Positions 60,509 to 64,000 of a stretch of DNA of 64,000 nucleotides are shown here, in pieces. The notes below the pieces were generated by a model. The model worked only from the letters and a program-made list of their open reading frames with translations. It was not told the origin of the DNA and made no database searches. This DNA comes from Hyaloraphidium curvatum SAG 235-1 (Eukaryota > Fungi > Monoblepharomycota), in the NCBI GenBank assembly GCA_025558095.1, contig JAIVFI010000027.1:372001-436000 (forward strand), given 5' to 3'. The position numbers and the translations under genes were made by a program. The first letter of the stretch is position 1; the number at the start of each line of letters is the position of its first letter.

Positions 60509-62189
60509 ATGAGCGCGGGGCCGGAGATGCCGGCGGGGGCGGCGCCCAGCGCGGCCGAGCTGGATGCGCTCGAGGCGCAGCTGCAGGCGGCCGAGGACGC
60601 CGTCGAGGCGCTCGAGGCGCGCTATGCGGCCGAGGCGGTGCCCGCGCTGCGGCGGCTGGAGGCCGTGCGTCACCGCGAGCGCGTGGCGCGCGACGAGGCG
60701 GCCGCGCTCGCGGCAAAGGCCGCGCAGACCGCCGCCGAGCTGTCGCGCGTGGCCGCCCGCGTGGCGGCGCTGGAGGAGCTGGCCGCGCAGGCCGCGAGGC
60801 TGAGGACGCTGGTGGCCGCGCAGCGCCGCGCGATCGTCGCCGCGTGGGTCAAGCTCGAGTACAACCGCAAGGCGCGCGCACACGCGGAGCACAAGATCGC
60901 GCAGACGGACGGCCGCGTGGAGCAGCTGCTCCAGATCATCGAGTTCGTGGGCCAGGACCTCGAGGGCCTGGTCGCGAACCAGCGGGCCGCGCGGGCCGCA
61001 CACGCCGCCCAGCTCGCGGCGCTGGGCAAGGCCAACGAGCAGGCCGCCGAGGATCTCGAGGCGCACTTTGCCGAGCTGGAGGAGGCCGAGCGCATCGCGG
61101 AGCTGGAGAAGGTCGCGGCCCAGAAGCGGCTCGAGGAGATCCTGCGCGAGACCGAGGAAGTGAGGGGCATGGAGGAGGAGTTCAGGAAGCTCAAGGCGGA
61201 ACAGGAGGAGCGGTACGTCAAGCTCGCGGACGCGCTCATCCGCGGCCACGTCAACGACATCATGTTCGAGTGCGAGGAGGCCGTCAAGGACTTTGACCGG
61301 ATCAAGTCGGACGACTGGGCGCCCCCGGTCTTTGTCAACCGGACCCAGTTCATCTCGGTCGAATGGACCGACTTTGACAGCCCCATGCGCAGGATCTCCA
61401 AGGAGAGCTCCAACGTCCCCCTGTACCTCCTCCCCAAGCCCTTCAACAAGGGCACATTCCGCGTGGCGCACTACGCCAAGGACAACGAGCGCGAGTACGT
61501 GGCCAAGAAGTTCCACGCCTCGTGGCGCAAGGAGCTCCTGGACCTGCTCCCCGGCGACCGCACCGACGAAGCCGGCAGGCGCAAGGACAAGGAGTCGGTG
61601 GAGAAGGTGATCCAGATGAACAGGCTGTGCCAGCGGGCGCTGGAGGCCTTCGATGCGGCGCTCAGGAAGGCCGGGCACGAGTACGAGCTGAGCTTCGTCG
61701 ACATCTGGCTCGCCGAGTGGGTTCCCCGCACCGCGACTCATCCCGCCCGGGCGCTCACCGTTCCTTGGCCCGCGCGGAAGGGAGAACGCGTCGGGCACGA
61801 TCTGGTTCCTCGAGGAGCCTCTGCCGTCCTTCGAACGCTTCACCAACAACGGCGACTACGGCGGCGACGAGAACACGGTCGCCGGCCGGCTCATGGGCTG
61901 CTTCGAGCACCATTCGTTCGAGCACTACGGCCGCAAGTTCATCGTCACGGACCTGCAGGGCCACCACGACGGCGCCAAGGTGTTCCGGCTGTCGGACCCG
62001 GCCCTGCACATCCTCGCCGAGAACAGGATGCTGGCGGACCTGCGGCACTTCATGGACGGGAACCGCGGGCTGGACGGGCTGGTCGACTTCCTGGGGAAGC
62101 ACAGGTGCAACGAGTTCTGCGCGGACCTGGGGCTGCCCGCGCTGCCGGCCGTTGACGAGCTCGTGGGACGGTACTCGGGACGGAAGTGA
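60509..62189 (+). CDS. Alpha-kinase (eEF2K/MHCK family) with long N-terminal coiled coil, 2 exons
   Basis: PFNKGTFRVAH, YVAKKF, WFLEE, FERFTNN, FEHHSFE, IVTDLQG, LSDPALH, GNRGLDG, HRCNEFCADLGL. Confidence 0.92.
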
Positions 62190-62232
62190 TCGCCGTGGAT
62201 GTACTGCTCCTTGCAACAATGCCATCGTGGTG

Positions 62233-63647
62233 TTAGAACCCCGCGCTGCGCATGGACGACCGCGTCGCCGTCATGATCTTTTCCAGGAACTCGGCCTTGT
62301 CGTCCGAATCCAGCGAGAGCACGTCGAACCTGCACGAGGGAAAGTGCCGCCGGAAGATGTTGTCGCGGACCTCCTTCTCGAACATCTCGGTGCACGGGTG
62401 GCACTGTGTGTGGGGCGTGTTGCGGCCTGCGGTGAGGCGTCCCGGTGCCCCGGCCAGCGCCCGGCTGCCACCCACCCGCAGGAAATAAACGTCGATCTGC
62501 TTGTTGACGATCTGGCGCACCACACCCTCCCAATCCTCGGGCCTGCGCCCGTTGGGATCCGCCTTGTCCGCGAACCGGTCCGTGTACTTCCCCCCGTGGA
62601 ACCTCCTCCCGTGCGGCGGCGCGTCCGCGATGACCAGCATCACCCTGGCCCTGGCCTGCCAATCCAGCCCCGGCACCCTGCACAGCCCCCCCAGCATGTC
62701 CTCCGCGACGTCGTCCCCGCCGGACGCCCTGACGGAGAGGATGCGCTCGCGCAGGTACTCGGGCGCCATGAACTCGACCACCTCGTACGAGGACTGGTCG
62801 GCGTCCTTGGGCTCGAAGTCGCGGTAGCCCACGAAGGCGGTGCGGAGCTGCGTGTCGGGGTAGAGCGCGCGGATGCGGTCGAGGATCTCGGTGACGGTCT
62901 CCTTGACCCTGTCAACTTGGGGGTGGCAGGGGATCAGCACGGGAGGTAGGGGCGGGTGTGGGGGGGACGCACTCCAGTGCTGCATGGAGCCGGTGCAGTC
63001 GATCACGAAGCAGATGTCGACGCTCTGCACGCGCTTGCGGGCCTGCTCGATGCCGGACATGTTGCCGCGGACTGCCCGGAGCAAATCGTTGGCGCGGTTG
63101 CTTTTCCTGGCGGTCAGCACGGGCGAGCGGGGGCGGGAAAAAGAGCCCACTTGATCTCTGCGGGCTTCTCGGGCATGGCGTACGCGGGGGCGGCCGGATG
63201 GACGTTGCCGTAGGCGGCTCCGGCGGGGAAGGCCGGCACGGCGACGTCGCGGTACTGCGGGGCGGGCTGGTATGCCGCGGCCGGGGCCGGGTTGAACGAC
63301 GGCGGGAGGGGGGCAGCGGGAGCGTAGGCGGCCGGCGACGGCACGGGTGCGGGCTGGGGTGCCGGGCGGGCGTAGGCGTCGGGCGGGGGGACCGCGGTGT
63401 TTGCGGGGTAGCTCGTCGGGTAGGCCGCGGTGTACTCGTACGACGGCGGCGGTGAGATGGGCGGCTGTGGGTCGGCAGCGGGGCTGCGTCCGCGGGGCAC
63501 GTCCATCGTGGGGAAGGCGAGCGTGGCGGCCGAGTCGGGCATCGCGGGCGGCGTCGCGGCGATGTCGCCCGTCGCCGATCGCTGTGCGGCGCGCGCCTTG
63601 AGCGCGGCCAGCTTGGCGGCGAGGGCGTCGGACGGCTGCCGCTCCAT
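62233..63647 (-). CDS. von Willebrand factor A domain protein (VwkA-type VWA) with Pro/Tyr-rich N-terminus, multi-exon
   Basis: VDICFVIDCTGSM (MIDAS), AFVGYRDF, GGDDVAEDMLGGL, LDW, VIADAPPHG, DPNG. Confidence 0.9.
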
Positions 63648-63742
63648 CGCGGGAGGGGGTTGCGTTGAGAGGGGTGTCGCAGAGCGGGTGCCTGGTGGCG
63701 GCTGGAGCGCGTGATGACTGCGACGCCCCCGTTGCGGCCTTG

Positions 63743-64000
63743 ATGGCCAGCTGTGCGTTCTGCGCGGGCGGGCGGTCGGCCGCGCGGTACCTGGAGGATC
63801 GGCGCGCGGCGCTGGGCGCGGCGGGGCGCGCGGTGGCCGCGCCGGGCGGGCGGGAGGCCGACGCCGACGGCCCCACGCTGCTGCCCTTCGGGAACGCGGA
63901 CGACCGCGGCGCGTTCGCGGCGGCGCTCTCTCAGCTGCTGCCGGCGGGGGCGGCTGGGGCGGGCCCGCCCGACGCGGGGTCCGCCGTCGACGCGGCCCTG
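63743..64000 (+). CDS. Possible start of a hypothetical protein running off the right edge
   Basis: ATG divergent from the VWA gene; open frame MASCAFCAGGRSAARYLED... to the window end. Confidence 0.35.
   Translation, partial: MASCAFCAGGRSAARYLEDRRAALGAAGRAVAAPGGREADADGPTLLPFGNADDRGAFAAALSQLLPAGAAGAGPPDAGSAVDAAL

Noticed and set aside
59837-63876. Long antisense or alternative-frame ORFs (e.g. 59837-61849, 61522-62949, the upstream part of 62233-63876; also the upstream part of 54218-55951)
   Set aside because: Shadow ORFs expected at very high GC, overlapping genes with clear motifs

Overview
Compact, GC-rich eukaryotic nuclear DNA with many short (about 50-60 nt) spliceosomal introns. It is most likely an early-diverging fungus; a Monoblepharidomycete/chytrid such as Hyaloraphidium is my unverified inference from gene content, GC and the mitochondrial insert. 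Two densely packed gene arms flank a ~17-kb repeat island with no recognisable host gene. Left arm (1-21075): RPT4, mitochondrial SSB, LIG4, ZNHIT2-like, RPL11, MRPS8, SmB, VPS45, NDUFA8, Elongin-B-like, a Pro-rich/WH2-like gene, CRIPT, SDE2, SET1. Right arm (38218-64000): ATG4, TIM8, clathrin heavy chain, CUE protein, USB1, cation/Ca exchanger, MARVEL-like protein, degenerate TilS, ATG11-claw-like protein, acyltransferase-3, SCaMC carrier, Cys-rich TM-SH3 protein, alpha-kinase, VWA protein. The largely CpG-poor island (~21200-38050) holds defective LINE copies in inverted orientation, a decayed Ty3/Gypsy pol, a truncated Copia-like gag with a GC-rich repeat array, and an AT-rich segment. It also holds a very young Copia element (identical 224-bp LTRs, 5-bp TSD) whose otherwise intact gag-pol is split by a 1959-bp mitochondrial insert (nad4L, 3' atp6, half tRNA-Tyr) flanked by a 4-bp duplication. 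Top leads: mtDNA captured inside a young LTR retrotransposon, a centromere-like island, and a tail-to-tail alpha-kinase + VWA pair equivalent to a split VwkA. Gene boundaries were deduced by eye across introns and are approximate where stated.
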